Of a DNA stretch of 64,000 bases, positions 1 to 8,504 are shown one piece after another. This DNA is from Bacteroidales bacterium. GTDB taxonomy: Bacteria; Bacteroidota; Bacteroidia; Bacteroidales; WCHB1-69. The stretch's first letter is position 1. Every line of letters begins with the position of its first letter. The translations under genes and the position numbers were made by a program. The notes under the pieces were generated by a model. It worked only from the letters and a program-made list of their open reading frames with translations. It was not told the DNA's origin and did no database searches. The stretch covers positions 9,322 through 73,321 of the forward strand of contig JBGUMF010000017.1 of assembly GCA_045116675.1 (NCBI GenBank), given 5' to 3'.

Positions 1-1
1 T

Positions 2-1267
2 TCGGAAACAGGTGTCGGGAGTTCGGAGAAGTCGGGGCGCAACCGTTCGGAGTTTTACATCCCGGTGGGCACGGGCTATCGGGTGCAGTATTCCATCAAC
101 AAGGTCATCACGCAGGCCGACTTCAGCTTCCTCAACAACACGTATCAGCAGTTCACGGGCGGCACGTCGCCCATCTATCTCAATTCCGGCCTGAACGCCT
201 TGTTCATGCTGGGTATCAATGATCTTTTTGAAGATTACCGGGTGACGGGCGGTTTCCGTATAGGCTTGAACCTGCGCAACTACGAGTTCATGCTGAGCTA
301 TGAGAATCTGGCGCGCCGCCTTGACCGGCAGATTATCCTATACCGGCAGACCATCTCAAGCGAGGCTGGCGAGTATTACATCAAACAGGGCAATAATACG
401 TTGTTTTACATCCTGAAATACCCGTTTAACAAACATCACAGTCTGCGGCTGACGTTGAAGGGCCGGTACGAGACGTGTGTGTATGCCTCCTTAGGCGATG
501 TGTCGCTGCAGATGCCCGATAGTCGCCATGTGTGGGCGGGCGCCCGTTTGGAGTACATCTTCGACTCGTCCAAGGAGCTCTATACCAATCTGTGGCGCGG
601 CACCAAGTTGAAGATGTTTGCCGAATACGAGCAGCGGGTGGAGCGCGAGACGATGAATCTCTTTGTGGTCGGTCTGGATGCGCGGCGGTCGTTCAAGCTC
701 TACCGCAACATGACCTTGGCCCTGCGTGCCGCCGCCTCCACCAACGTGGGCTCGGCGCGTCTGGTCTATTACATGGGCGGCGTTGACAATTGGGTGAGGG
801 CCAAGTTCAACAGTGATATCTGGGTGGATCAGACCAAGAATTATGCCTATCAGACGTTGGCCACCAACATGCGCGGTTTCAGGCAGAATATCCGCAACGG
901 CACCTCTTTCGTGCTGTTCAGCGGCGAGCTGCGCATCCCCTTCGTGCAGTTGATTGCCGGACGCAAGCTGTCTTTCAATTTCTTGAATTCCATGCAGTTC
1001 AACCTGTTTGGCGATGTGGGCACGGCGTGGACGGGGTGGACGCCCTATTCCGAGGACAACTGTCTTTATACACGCTACATCTATTCCGGCCCGATCACCG
1101 TGATGGTGAAACGGCAGGTGGATCCGTTTGTGGGCGGCTTCGGCGTGGGCTTCCGCTGCTCCCTGTTGGGCTATTTCCTGCGTCTGGACTATGCGTGGGG
1201 CGTGGAAGATTTCAAGATTGCCAACAAGAAGGGCATGTTCATGTTCTCAATCGGAACGGATTTCTAA
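2..1267 (+). CDS. Omp85/BamA-like (surface antigen D15 family) outer-membrane beta-barrel protein, C-terminal part. The 5' end lies upstream of the window.
   Basis: The frame is open from base 2, with no stop before the listed Met at 65. It shows an alternating beta-strand pattern, FGDVGTAW and GGFGVGFR motifs, and a C-terminus ...FSIGTDF ending in Phe, as in OMP barrels. Confidence 0.7.
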   Translation, partial: SETGVGSSEKSGRNRSEFYIPVGTGYRVQYSINKVITQADFSFLNNTYQQFTGGTSPIYLNSGLNALFMLGINDLFEDYRVTGGFRIGLNLRNYEFMLSYENLARRLDRQIILYRQTISSEAGEYYIKQGNNTLFYILKYPFNKHHSLRLTLKGRYETCVYASLGDVSLQMPDSRHVWAGARLEYIFDSSKELYTNLWRGTKLKMFAEYEQRVERETMNLFVVGLDARRSFKLYRNMTLALRAAASTNVGSARLVYYMGGVDNWVRAKFNSDIWVDQTKNYAYQTLATNMRGFRQNIRNGTSFVLFSGELRIPFVQLIAGRKLSFNFLNSMQFNLFGDVGTAWTGWTPYSEDNCLYTRYIYSGPITVMVKRQVDPFVGGFGVGFRCSLLGYFLRLDYAWGVEDFKIANKKGMFMFSIGTDF

Positions 1268-2454
1268 AACTCTTCGGGAAGGAATGGTCGTACCGCGCGG
1301 TTGAAGATGCCGTTGAGGTAGGCGATCATCATGCCGTAGTTGGACACGGGGATGCCGTGTTCGATGGCGGGCCGCAGGCGGTTGAGGAGCTGCCGGCGGG
1401 TGATCATGCAGCCGCCGCACTGGATGACCATGGCGTATTGGCGGATGTCGGGAATCTGGTTGAGGCCGGCCACGAAGTCGAAATGCAGTTCCTTGCCGGT
1501 GTGTTGCTGGATCCAGCGGGGCAGTTTGCCGCGTCCGATGTCTTCGCAGGAGGTGCGGTGCGTGCAGGACTCCAGTATGAGGATGCGGTCGCCGTCGTGC
1601 AGCTGGTCGATTTTGGGCGTGCCTTGCAGGTAGTGTTCGAAGTCGCCCTTGTGGTGGGCCAGCACGATGCTGAAGCCCGTGAGCGGAACCGCCTCCGGCA
1701 CGTCCCGTGCCACGCGGGCGAACATCTGGCTGTCGGTGACCACCAGCGCGGGAAGTTCATGGTCGGCGATCCACCCGGCAATCTTGTCTTCTTTCAGCAC
1801 GATGGCGATGGCGTCGTTGTCGAGCACGTCGCGGATGAGCTGCACCTGCGGCAGGATGAGCCGGCCCTCGGGGGCTTCCGAATCGATGGGGGTGACCAGC
1901 ACCACGGTGTCGCCCTCATGGATGATACCGCCCAACAGAGAGTGCGAGATGTAGGCCGACGGGGGCATCTTGGCCACTACGGCATCCAGCATGGCGGCGA
2001 TGCCGTCGCCGGTTTTGGCGCTCACCTCGTACATGTTGTCGGCAATGACGCCGTCGGTCACGCGCTGCGGCTCCTCCAGGTCGGATTTGTTGTTGACGAT
2101 GATGAAGGGGATCTCGTATTCGTGGAAATGGTCGGCCAACATCCGCTCGGGTTGCCCGTATTGGTGTTTGGTGGTGACGAGGATGGCGAAGTCGATGGTG
2201 GGCAGCACGTCCAAGGTCTTCCGGATGCGTTTCTGCCCGATGGTGCCTTCGTCGTCGATGCCGGCGGTGTCGATGAGGATGACGGGCCCGATGCCGAAGA
2301 TCTCGATGGACTTGCGCACGGGGTCGGTGGTGGTGCCGGCATGTGCGTCCACGATGGCGATGTCCTGGCCGGTAATCGCGTTGATGAGCGAGCTTTTGCC
2401 GTTGTTGCGCCGCCCGAAGATGCCGATATGCGGTTTGTTTTCTCTACCTTTCAT
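1264..2454 (-). CDS. hydF: [FeFe]-hydrogenase H-cluster maturation GTPase HydF
   Basis: N-terminal GTPase motifs are present (GRRNNGKSSLINA, DTAG, NKSD). The C-terminal cluster motif is CTH-x45-QCGGC, which fits the HydF CxH...(H)CxxC pattern with Gln at the His position. Length is about 400 aa. Confidence 0.88.
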   Translation of the reverse strand: MKGRENKPHIGIFGRRNNGKSSLINAITGQDIAIVDAHAGTTTDPVRKSIEIFGIGPVILIDTAGIDDEGTIGQKRIRKTLDVLPTIDFAILVTTKHQYGQPERMLADHFHEYEIPFIIVNNKSDLEEPQRVTDGVIADNMYEVSAKTGDGIAAMLDAVVAKMPPSAYISHSLLGGIIHEGDTVVLVTPIDSEAPEGRLILPQVQLIRDVLDNDAIAIVLKEDKIAGWIADHELPALVVTDSQMFARVARDVPEAVPLTGFSIVLAHHKGDFEHYLQGTPKIDQLHDGDRILILESCTHRTSCEDIGRGKLPRWIQQHTGKELHFDFVAGLNQIPDIRQYAMVIQCGGCMITRRQLLNRLRPAIEHGIPVSNYGMMIAYLNGIFNRAVRPFLPEEF

Positions 2455-2866
2455 TTTTTATCCTCCCAAAATAAATGATTTCCAACATTTCAGAGGGTGA
2501 TACCACTTTGCTGACACGCGGGAAATGTTTGAGATTCCCTGTTACAAGGTAAGCTTCTTCCTTGGAAAGAGCTACTTCGTAAAAGACCGCATCGTCTGGA
2601 TCTGGAAAAATCTCGTCAGTATGTGTTCTCCTCAAATTGATTCCCGTTGCCAAAGCAGAAATAACATGGTTTACTTGGTCAGCTGTGAATCCGAATTTTT
2701 TTCTGCTTAAAACATTCTTATATTCATTCAGTATTTCATCGTTGAAAACAGGAATTATCTCACCATCCATTACCATGTTTAATAATATTGCAGTTGGAGA
2801 ATCATGATGCGAGGTGAGTAATGCCGAAACAATGACATTAGTGTCGAATACTGCGTAATATAACAT
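2444..2866 (-). CDS. PIN-family toxin of a type II toxin-antitoxin system (PIN_3 / TIGR00305-like)
   Basis: It starts MLYYAVFDTNVIVSALL and ends with LVTGNLKHFP, typical of PIN_3 toxins. Its stop overlaps the hydF start by 11 nt. The segment is low-GC. Confidence 0.85.
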   Translation of the reverse strand: MLYYAVFDTNVIVSALLTSHHDSPTAILLNMVMDGEIIPVFNDEILNEYKNVLSRKKFGFTADQVNHVISALATGINLRRTHTDEIFPDPDDAVFYEVALSKEEAYLVTGNLKHFPRVSKVVSPSEMLEIIYFGRIKNER

Positions 2867-2869
2867 CTC

Positions 2870-3163
2870 TTAGGCCTGCTTTTCTTCTCTTGAAAATCTG
2901 ATTTCGTCATTGATTTCTTCCAAACTCATGTTTGAAAGGCCGTTTTGTTCACTGATAGCACGCATTTCATCAATAGCTCTCTTGGCTTTTTCCATCACCA
3001 TATTGGAAGAATTGAGATCGACACGGAACGGAATGGCTTGTTCTCGTAAAGACTTTCTTATAAACAAGTTAAATGCTGCAGATACACTCAGTCCGAGTCG
3101 TTTGCAGAGCAAGTCGAACTGGCTTTTGGTCTCATTGTCGATGCGAATGGTATATGCGGTCAT
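2870..3163 (-). CDS. RelB/DinJ-family (ribbon-helix-helix) antitoxin
   Basis: TIRIDNETKSQFDLLCKRLGLSVSAAFNLFIRKSLREQAIPFRV matches the DinJ RHH pattern. The listed start at 3184 is a TTG lying inside the promoter motif, so I use the ATG at 3163. The gene ends 3 nt upstream of the PIN gene. Confidence 0.8.
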   Translation of the reverse strand: MTAYTIRIDNETKSQFDLLCKRLGLSVSAAFNLFIRKSLREQAIPFRVDLNSSNMVMEKAKRAIDEMRAISEQNGLSNMSLEEINDEIRFSREEKQA

Positions 3164-3181
3164 AATTTTATTATTTGACTG

Positions 3182-3189
3182 CAAAAATA
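3182..3189 (-). promoter_or_regulatory. Bacteroidetes -7 promoter motif (TATTTTTG on the minus strand) for the DinJ-PIN cassette
   Basis: The plus strand reads CAAAAATA, 19 nt upstream of the ATG at 3163. It matches the TAnnTTTG consensus. Confidence 0.55.
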
Positions 3190-3243
3190 CTGTTTTTTGC
3201 CATACATTTAATGGTATATTGAAAAATATTGATTGTTGTAATG

Positions 3244-4518
3244 CTAAGCCAATGACCCATACAGATCATATTCCGCGGCTTCGGTGATTTCCACGTTGTA
3301 GAATTCGCCGATGGTGAGGGGCTTTTCCTTGGTGACGAGCACGCTGTTGTCCACATCCGGGGAGTCGAATTCGGTGCGGCCCACGTAGTGGTCGCGCTCC
3401 TCGCCGTCGATGATGACGCGGAGGGTGCTGCCCACTTTCGACTGGTTGATTTCCAGCGAGATAGTCTCCTGCAGTTGCATGATCTCGCCCACGCGGCGGG
3501 TTTTGATGTTGCGGCGTATGGGGTCGCCCAGCGGGTAGGCGGGGGTGTCCTCCTCCTGCGAGTAGGCGAACACGCCGAGGCGCTCGAACCGGTTGCGGCG
3601 CACAAACTCCACGAGCTCCTTGTGTTGCTCCAGCGTCTCGGTAGGATAGCCGGAGATGAGGGTGGTGCGCAGGGCAATGCCGGGCACCGTCTCGCGGATG
3701 CGGGCGATGAGGTCGTAGATGTACTGCGAGCCGCCGCCGCGCCGCATGTCCTTCAGGATGTCGTCGCTGATGTGCTGGAAGGGGATGTCGAGGTAGCGGC
3801 AGAACTGCGGATAGGCGTTCATCACGTCCAGGATCTCGTAGGGGAAGTTGAGCGGGTAGGCGTAGTGCAGCCGGTACCATTCGATGCCGCGCACCTGGGC
3901 CAGGGCCTCCATCAGGTTGGCCAGCTCGCGTTTGCCGGTGAGGTCGATGCCGTAGTAGGTGAGGTCCTGTGCGATGAGCATCACCTCCTTCACGCCCTGG
4001 TCGGCCAGCTTGCGCACCTCCTCCACCAGCAGGGGGATGGGCTTGGATACCTGTTTGCCGCGGATGAGCGGGATGGCACAATAGGAACATTGGTGGTCGC
4101 AGCCTTCCGACACCTTGAGGTAGGCGTAGTGGGATGGGGTGGAGAGCAGCCGTTCGCTGGTGCCTAACAAGTCGAACTCGTTGGCATCCACCATCTTGTG
4201 CAAATCTGCAAAGGAGTAGAATCCGTCCACCTCGGGCAGCTCGGCCTCCAGCTCCGCCTTGCAGCGCTGGGCCAGACAGCCCACCACGTACAGCTTCTTG
4301 ATGTGGCGGCGCATCTTGCGCTCCACCTGGACGAGGATCTCATTCACCGACTCCTCGCGCGCATCGCCGATGAAGCTGCACGTGTTGAGGATGACGATGT
4401 CGCTCTTCATGGTGCCCTCGAAAAAGACGCGGTGCCCCATCCGTTGCAGCCGGGCAGCCAGCACTTCCGAATCCACGATGTTCTTGGAACATCCTAAGGT
4501 TATGATGTTTACGGTCAT
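3244..4518 (-). CDS. rimO: Ribosomal protein S12 methylthiotransferase RimO (radical SAM, MTTase + TRAM)
   Basis: It has the MTTase N-terminus (NIITLGCSKNIVDSE), the radical-SAM CxxxCxxC motif (CDHQCSYCAIP) and a C-terminal TRAM-like segment. Length is 424 aa. Confidence 0.92.
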   Translation of the reverse strand: MTVNIITLGCSKNIVDSEVLAARLQRMGHRVFFEGTMKSDIVILNTCSFIGDAREESVNEILVQVERKMRRHIKKLYVVGCLAQRCKAELEAELPEVDGFYSFADLHKMVDANEFDLLGTSERLLSTPSHYAYLKVSEGCDHQCSYCAIPLIRGKQVSKPIPLLVEEVRKLADQGVKEVMLIAQDLTYYGIDLTGKRELANLMEALAQVRGIEWYRLHYAYPLNFPYEILDVMNAYPQFCRYLDIPFQHISDDILKDMRRGGGSQYIYDLIARIRETVPGIALRTTLISGYPTETLEQHKELVEFVRRNRFERLGVFAYSQEEDTPAYPLGDPIRRNIKTRRVGEIMQLQETISLEINQSKVGSTLRVIIDGEERDHYVGRTEFDSPDVDNSVLVTKEKPLTIGEFYNVEITEAAEYDLYGSLA

Positions 4519-4542
4519 TTTCTCTATATGATTTTAAAACGG

Positions 4543-4550
4543 CAAACCTA
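4543..4550 (-). promoter_or_regulatory. -7 promoter motif (TAGGTTTG on the minus strand) for rimO
   Basis: The plus strand reads CAAACCTA, 25 nt upstream of the rimO ATG at 4518. Confidence 0.5.
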
Positions 4551-4685
4551 CATTTTTTTTCGGAATTATCAAAATGTCAGATGTAGTTATCCGTTGTGCC
4601 TTTTTTCATGAAAAGAATGGACAAATTTGTTGAATGGTGCGTTTTTTCTGTGGTATTCGGATTTTTAGGATAAAGGAAAAAAATG

Positions 4686-4693
4686 TACATTTG
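4686..4693 (+). promoter_or_regulatory. -7 promoter motif TACATTTG for the upxY-led capsule operon
   Basis: It matches TAnnTTTG, followed by GCAAC, 63 nt upstream of the upxY ATG at 4756. Confidence 0.55.
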
Positions 4694-4755
4694 CAACGGC
4701 TATTCTATGGAGTCTTCCATCCGAATGATGCCATAAGACACGCCGCTGCACAATA

Positions 4756-5448
4756 ATGGAAGAAGTGGTGAAACTGGCTGGCAGACAGCAAGATGAAATA
4801 CCTGTCAGCACAAAAGGCAACGCTCTTGTCTATCCCGAAGTTGAAAAAAACAGCCTCGGGAAGTCGGTGGGGTATGCCCCGCAGCCGGAGGTGCGCTGCT
4901 GGTTCCCCATTCGCGCCACCTATCACCGCGCGCAGAAAGTGTACGACCGGCTGGTGGCACTCGGCAACGACCGTCTTGAGCCGTACCTCCCGACACTCTG
5001 TCGCGTTGAAGAGGACGAGAATACCGGCAATTCGGTGATAAAGGAGGAGCCGTTGGACAAAAGCCTGTTGTTTGTGCGCACCACGTTCTGGGATTTCCGG
5101 ACGTTGTTGGAAAATCCGTCGTTGATTCCGGGATTGACACCTTATTACAACCATTTTAAAACCAATGGGTTCGGTAAAAACGAGTTGTTGACGGTGCCCG
5201 ACCGGCAGATGGAGAGCTTCAAGATCATTGTCGAGTCGCGTAATCAGAACATCATCGTCCGGCAATCTGAGATGCCGAAGATCATCGAGGGCGACCGCGT
5301 GGTCGTTACGGACGGCGCTTTCGCCGGCGTGGAGGGTGTGGTGATGAAATACAAGCACCAGAAGCGCGTGTTTGTGCAGCTGCACGGCGTCGGCATCTAT
5401 GCCACGGCCTACGTGCCGAACACCTTTCTGAAGAAAATTGAAACGTAG
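4756..5448 (+). CDS. upxY: UpxY-family (NusG-like) capsular polysaccharide operon transcription antiterminator
   Basis: It has a NusG NGN-like core (WFPIRATYHRAQKVYDRL) and a C-terminal KOW-like motif (GDRVVVTDGAFAGVEGVV). It is the first gene of a polysaccharide operon. The N-terminal 45 aa or so are an unusual extension, and an internal GTG start is possible. Confidence 0.82.
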   Translation: MEEVVKLAGRQQDEIPVSTKGNALVYPEVEKNSLGKSVGYAPQPEVRCWFPIRATYHRAQKVYDRLVALGNDRLEPYLPTLCRVEEDENTGNSVIKEEPLDKSLLFVRTTFWDFRTLLENPSLIPGLTPYYNHFKTNGFGKNELLTVPDRQMESFKIIVESRNQNIIVRQSEMPKIIEGDRVVVTDGAFAGVEGVVMKYKHQKRVFVQLHGVGIYATAYVPNTFLKKIET

Positions 5449-5452
5449 AAAC

Positions 5453-5480
5453 GTAGAGACGCAGTGCACTGCATCTCTAC
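5453..5480 (+). other. Stem-loop (12-bp arms, one mismatch) immediately after the upxY stop
   Basis: gtagagacgcag-tgca-ctgcatctctac. It is preceded by the tandem 8-mer aaacgtag x2 (5441-5456). No T-run follows it. Confidence 0.5.
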
Positions 5481-5485
5481 AAATC

Positions 5486-5506
5486 CCTGTAACCTGCAAC
5501 CTGTAA
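5486..5506 (+). repeat. Three in-phase heptads: cctgtaa cctgcaa cctgtaa
   Basis: Read directly from the sequence, 7 nt upstream of the wzx ATG. Confidence 0.6.
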
Positions 5507-5512
5507 CATAGT

Positions 5513-7036
5513 ATGGGCATTATCGCAAGACAAAGCATCAAAGGCACCATCGCCACCTACATCGGGGTGGCTATCGGCTTCGTGACCACCTTTTTCATCC
5601 TCACGTCGTACCTGACGTCGGAGGAGATCGGACTCACGCGCGTGCTGGTGGATGCCGCCACGCTGTTCAGCTCGCTGGCGCTGCTGGGCACCAGCTCGTC
5701 CACCCTGCGTTTCTATCCCCATTTTAAGGATGAGAGCCGCAACCAGCAGGGACTATACTTCTGGACACTGATTATCCCCTTTGTTGGTTTTCTGCTCTTT
5801 TTACTTTGCTTCTTTATTTTTAAAGGATTAATAATCAAAGCATTTGAAGAAAACTCGCCTCTTTTTGTCGATTACGTCCAATACACCTTGCCAATTGCAT
5901 TCTTTATGTTGTATATGTCTGTGTTCGAGGCAAATGCAACGATATTGGAGCGGGTGGCGGTGCCTCGCATGATCCGCGAGGTCTTCATCCGGGCCGGGCT
6001 GTTGGTCGGATACTTGCTGTATGGTTTGTGGCATGTGATCAGCTTGGATGGACTGGTGGTGGTCTTTTGCGTGACGTATGGGATGGGGGCGTTGCTGAAT
6101 TTGTGCTATCTGCTTTTCTCACAGAAGATTTCTTTCAAGCCTGATTTCAAAAAGATTACGCTGGAGTTGCGCCGCGACTTCCTGTTATACACCGCTTTTT
6201 TGGTTACGGCGGCTTTGGTGGGCAGTGTGATGCCCACGCTGAGCAGCTTCTTCATCACGGCCAAGATGGGCTTGATGTTCACGGGTATCTATGCCATTGC
6301 CAACTACATAGCCACGATGGTCGAGATTCCGTCGCGTTCGTTGAATGCCATCGTGCAGCCTCGCATCGCGGTGGCGTTGCGGGCCACGCCCGCCGACTTG
6401 CCCACAGCCACCCGACTGTATCAGCAAGTGTCGTTGAATCAGCTGCTTGTGGGTATGGTCATCCTCATCCTGATTTGGATAAATATTGACTTCTTTTTCG
6501 ACATCCTGCCCAATGGGGAACAGTATGTTGCGGGCAAGTGGGTGGTATTGATTTTGTCCATCTCCAAATTGATTAGTTCTGCTTTTTCCCTTGGGGTCTC
6601 AGCACTCAGCTACACCCGTTGGTATTATACCTCCTTGATTTTCACGCTGATACTGATGATATCCTCCATCTGTCTGAATAACTATCTGATTCCGATTTGC
6701 GGCATTGAGGGTGGTGCATGGGCCACGTTAGGGTCCAACGTTATCTATTACATCCTATTGCTGGCGTTTGTCAAGTGGCGGGTGGGCACCTATCCGTTCA
6801 GCTGGGGGCAGGTAAAAGTGCTGGTTGTGGGCTTGTTGATGGTGGTTTTGAACTATCTGATGGTCCTCATTGCGGGCAAGATTTTCCCGGAGCCCTCGCT
6901 GATGTTCCGCATCGTGGAGGCGGTGGTGCGCACGGGCATCGTGTCGCTGGCCGGCCTGCTGGTCGTCTATTACGGCAACGTCTCCCCGGATGTGAACCGG
7001 CTGATAAGGAAAGTGTTTCGTCAAATCGCCAAATGA
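5513..7036 (+). CDS. wzx: Polysaccharide flippase (Wzx / MOP-superfamily oligosaccharide flippase)
   Basis: The 507-aa protein is polytopic and hydrophobic throughout (about 12-14 predicted helices). It is the second gene of the capsule operon. Confidence 0.8.
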   Translation: MGIIARQSIKGTIATYIGVAIGFVTTFFILTSYLTSEEIGLTRVLVDAATLFSSLALLGTSSSTLRFYPHFKDESRNQQGLYFWTLIIPFVGFLLFLLCFFIFKGLIIKAFEENSPLFVDYVQYTLPIAFFMLYMSVFEANATILERVAVPRMIREVFIRAGLLVGYLLYGLWHVISLDGLVVVFCVTYGMGALLNLCYLLFSQKISFKPDFKKITLELRRDFLLYTAFLVTAALVGSVMPTLSSFFITAKMGLMFTGIYAIANYIATMVEIPSRSLNAIVQPRIAVALRATPADLPTATRLYQQVSLNQLLVGMVILILIWINIDFFFDILPNGEQYVAGKWVVLILSISKLISSAFSLGVSALSYTRWYYTSLIFTLILMISSICLNNYLIPICGIEGGAWATLGSNVIYYILLLAFVKWRVGTYPFSWGQVKVLVVGLLMVVLNYLMVLIAGKIFPEPSLMFRIVEAVVRTGIVSLAGLLVVYYGNVSPDVNRLIRKVFRQIAK

Positions 7037-7084
7037 AAAATCGTCAAATCGCCAAATGAAAAATCGTCAAATCGCCAAATGAAA
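7018..7084. repeat. Perfect 23-bp tandem repeat, 2.9 copies (unit tcgtcaaatcgccaaatgaaaaa)
   Basis: Copies are at 7018-7040, 7041-7063 and 7064-7084 (21 nt). The wzx stop codon (7034-7036) lies in copy 1. The repeat sits exactly at the GC drop that starts the cargo block. Confidence 0.95.
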
Positions 7085-7106
7085 TTTGTAATTGATTAAA
7101 ATTGTG

Positions 7107-7114
7107 TATTTTTG
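7107..7114 (+). promoter_or_regulatory. -7 promoter motif TATTTTTG for the ATPase gene
   Basis: It matches TAnnTTTG, 15 nt upstream of the ATG at 7129. The TTG start listed at 7102 lies upstream of and against this motif. Confidence 0.5.
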
Positions 7115-7128
7115 CAGCCGAAAGTACT

Positions 7129-8418
7129 ATGGGAATAAACAGTGTTTTTTATAAGGCGAGAATTGCGGATGAACTACTGAAAATCAAGTTGAGGTCATCG
7201 TCTGCTGTATTGGTTCAGGGACCCAAGTGGTGTGGCAAAACCACAACAGCTGAACAGGTAGCCAATAGTACCCTTTATATGGCTGACCCAGATACGATTA
7301 AAAAGAATCTTTTATTAGCAGAGTCCAATGTGAAGTCTTTGTTGGAGGGGGATACGCCCCGTCTTATTGACGAATGGCAGGAGGCTCCCCAATTATGGGA
7401 TGCTGTGAGATTTGTGGCTGACCACAACCATGCAATGGGTCAGTTTGTCTTGACGGGAAGTGCTGTTCCCAAAAATCCTGATGCGATGCGTCATAGCGGA
7501 ACTGGACGAATTTCCCGTCTGACTATGCGCCCGATGAGTTTATGGGAATCAGGGGAATCCAAAGGAAACGTGAGTTTGAAGGAGCTCTTTTCTGAGCCTG
7601 AGAGCCTCTTTGCAGAAGCCGAGTTGCAGTTTCCCGACATTGTCTATCTTATTTGTCGGGGAGGGTGGCCGTCTGCCAGTAATATGGACACACCTTATTC
7701 ACTTGAGGCAGCCATCGATTATTTTGAAGCAGTTACAAACGTTGACATTTCGCGAGTGGACGATACTCTGCGCGATGCTTCGAAAGCGAAACGGCTGATG
7801 CGATCGTTGGCTCGACATCAGGGTACGCAAGTGGCCAATACGGTGATAAGAGATGATATGAAAACCAACGATGCTGACACCTTGACGGAAGATACGGTAG
7901 CATCGTATATTTCCGCATTGAAAAAGATATTTGTTATTGAGGATATGGAAGCGTGGAATCCCAATCTCCGTTCCAAGTCGGCCATTCGTACCTCCGATAC
8001 ACGGTATTTTACAGATCCGTCCATAGCCGTGGCCGCTTTGGGAATTGGGCCAGAAGACCTTTTAAATGACTTGAACACAATGGGGCTGTTGTTCGAGACG
8101 TTGGTGGTGCGTGATTTGCGTGTATATGCTGATGCTTTGAATGGTCAGGTGTTTCATTTCAGGGATAGAAATGGGCTGGAGTGTGACACCGTTATTCATT
8201 TGCGCAACGGACATTACGGACTCGTAGAGATCAAGTTGGGGGGGGAGGAGTTGATTGATGCGGGGGCGAATTCTCTTAATAAATTGGAGACGAAAATAGA
8301 TGTGGACCGGATGTATGCGCCATCTTTCAAGATGGTGCTTACTGCTGTGGGTAATATTGCCTACCGCCGTAAGGAGGATGGTGTTTATGTGGTGCCGATA
8401 GGATGTTTGAAACCGTAG
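7129..8418 (+). CDS. AAA-type ATP-binding protein of the DUF4143 / COG1373 class
   Basis: Walker A is VQGPKWCGKTT. The size and C-terminal region (GLECDTVIHL...GLVEIKLGG) are typical of the restriction-endonuclease-like DUF4143 module. Confidence 0.7.
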   Translation: MGINSVFYKARIADELLKIKLRSSSAVLVQGPKWCGKTTTAEQVANSTLYMADPDTIKKNLLLAESNVKSLLEGDTPRLIDEWQEAPQLWDAVRFVADHNHAMGQFVLTGSAVPKNPDAMRHSGTGRISRLTMRPMSLWESGESKGNVSLKELFSEPESLFAEAELQFPDIVYLICRGGWPSASNMDTPYSLEAAIDYFEAVTNVDISRVDDTLRDASKAKRLMRSLARHQGTQVANTVIRDDMKTNDADTLTEDTVASYISALKKIFVIEDMEAWNPNLRSKSAIRTSDTRYFTDPSIAVAALGIGPEDLLNDLNTMGLLFETLVVRDLRVYADALNGQVFHFRDRNGLECDTVIHLRNGHYGLVEIKLGGEELIDAGANSLNKLETKIDVDRMYAPSFKMVLTAVGNIAYRRKEDGVYVVPIGCLKP

Positions 8419-8504
8419 TCCGCATCGGTCCCGACAAGGGCGGATATTGGAAGGTGGGGGGAGTGAGAGGAAAGTATATGGTTACACTTGTGGTGTGAGG
8501 TGCC

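Noticed and set aside
1027-2478. 483-aa + strand ORF covering hydF
   Set aside because: It is antisense to a gene with clear HydF motifs. The product is a low-complexity G/D/V/A/H-rich string typical of shadow ORFs in GC-rich coding DNA, with no promoter motif or recognisable domain.
4545-4588. Inverted repeat (aacctacat ... atgtagtt) as a possible invertible capsule promoter
   Set aside because: The arms are short and imperfect, about 30 nt apart, and do not flank the promoter motif at 4686-4693. No site-specific recombinase lies nearby, and I saw no longer IR pair.
4705-5556. 283-aa minus-strand ORF over upxY
   Set aside because: The UpxY frame has NGN and KOW motifs and a promoter motif. 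The antisense product has neither.
7018-7084. Possible CRISPR array
   Set aside because: The repeats are directly adjacent with no spacers, there are only 2.9 copies, and there are no cas genes. This is a simple tandem repeat.
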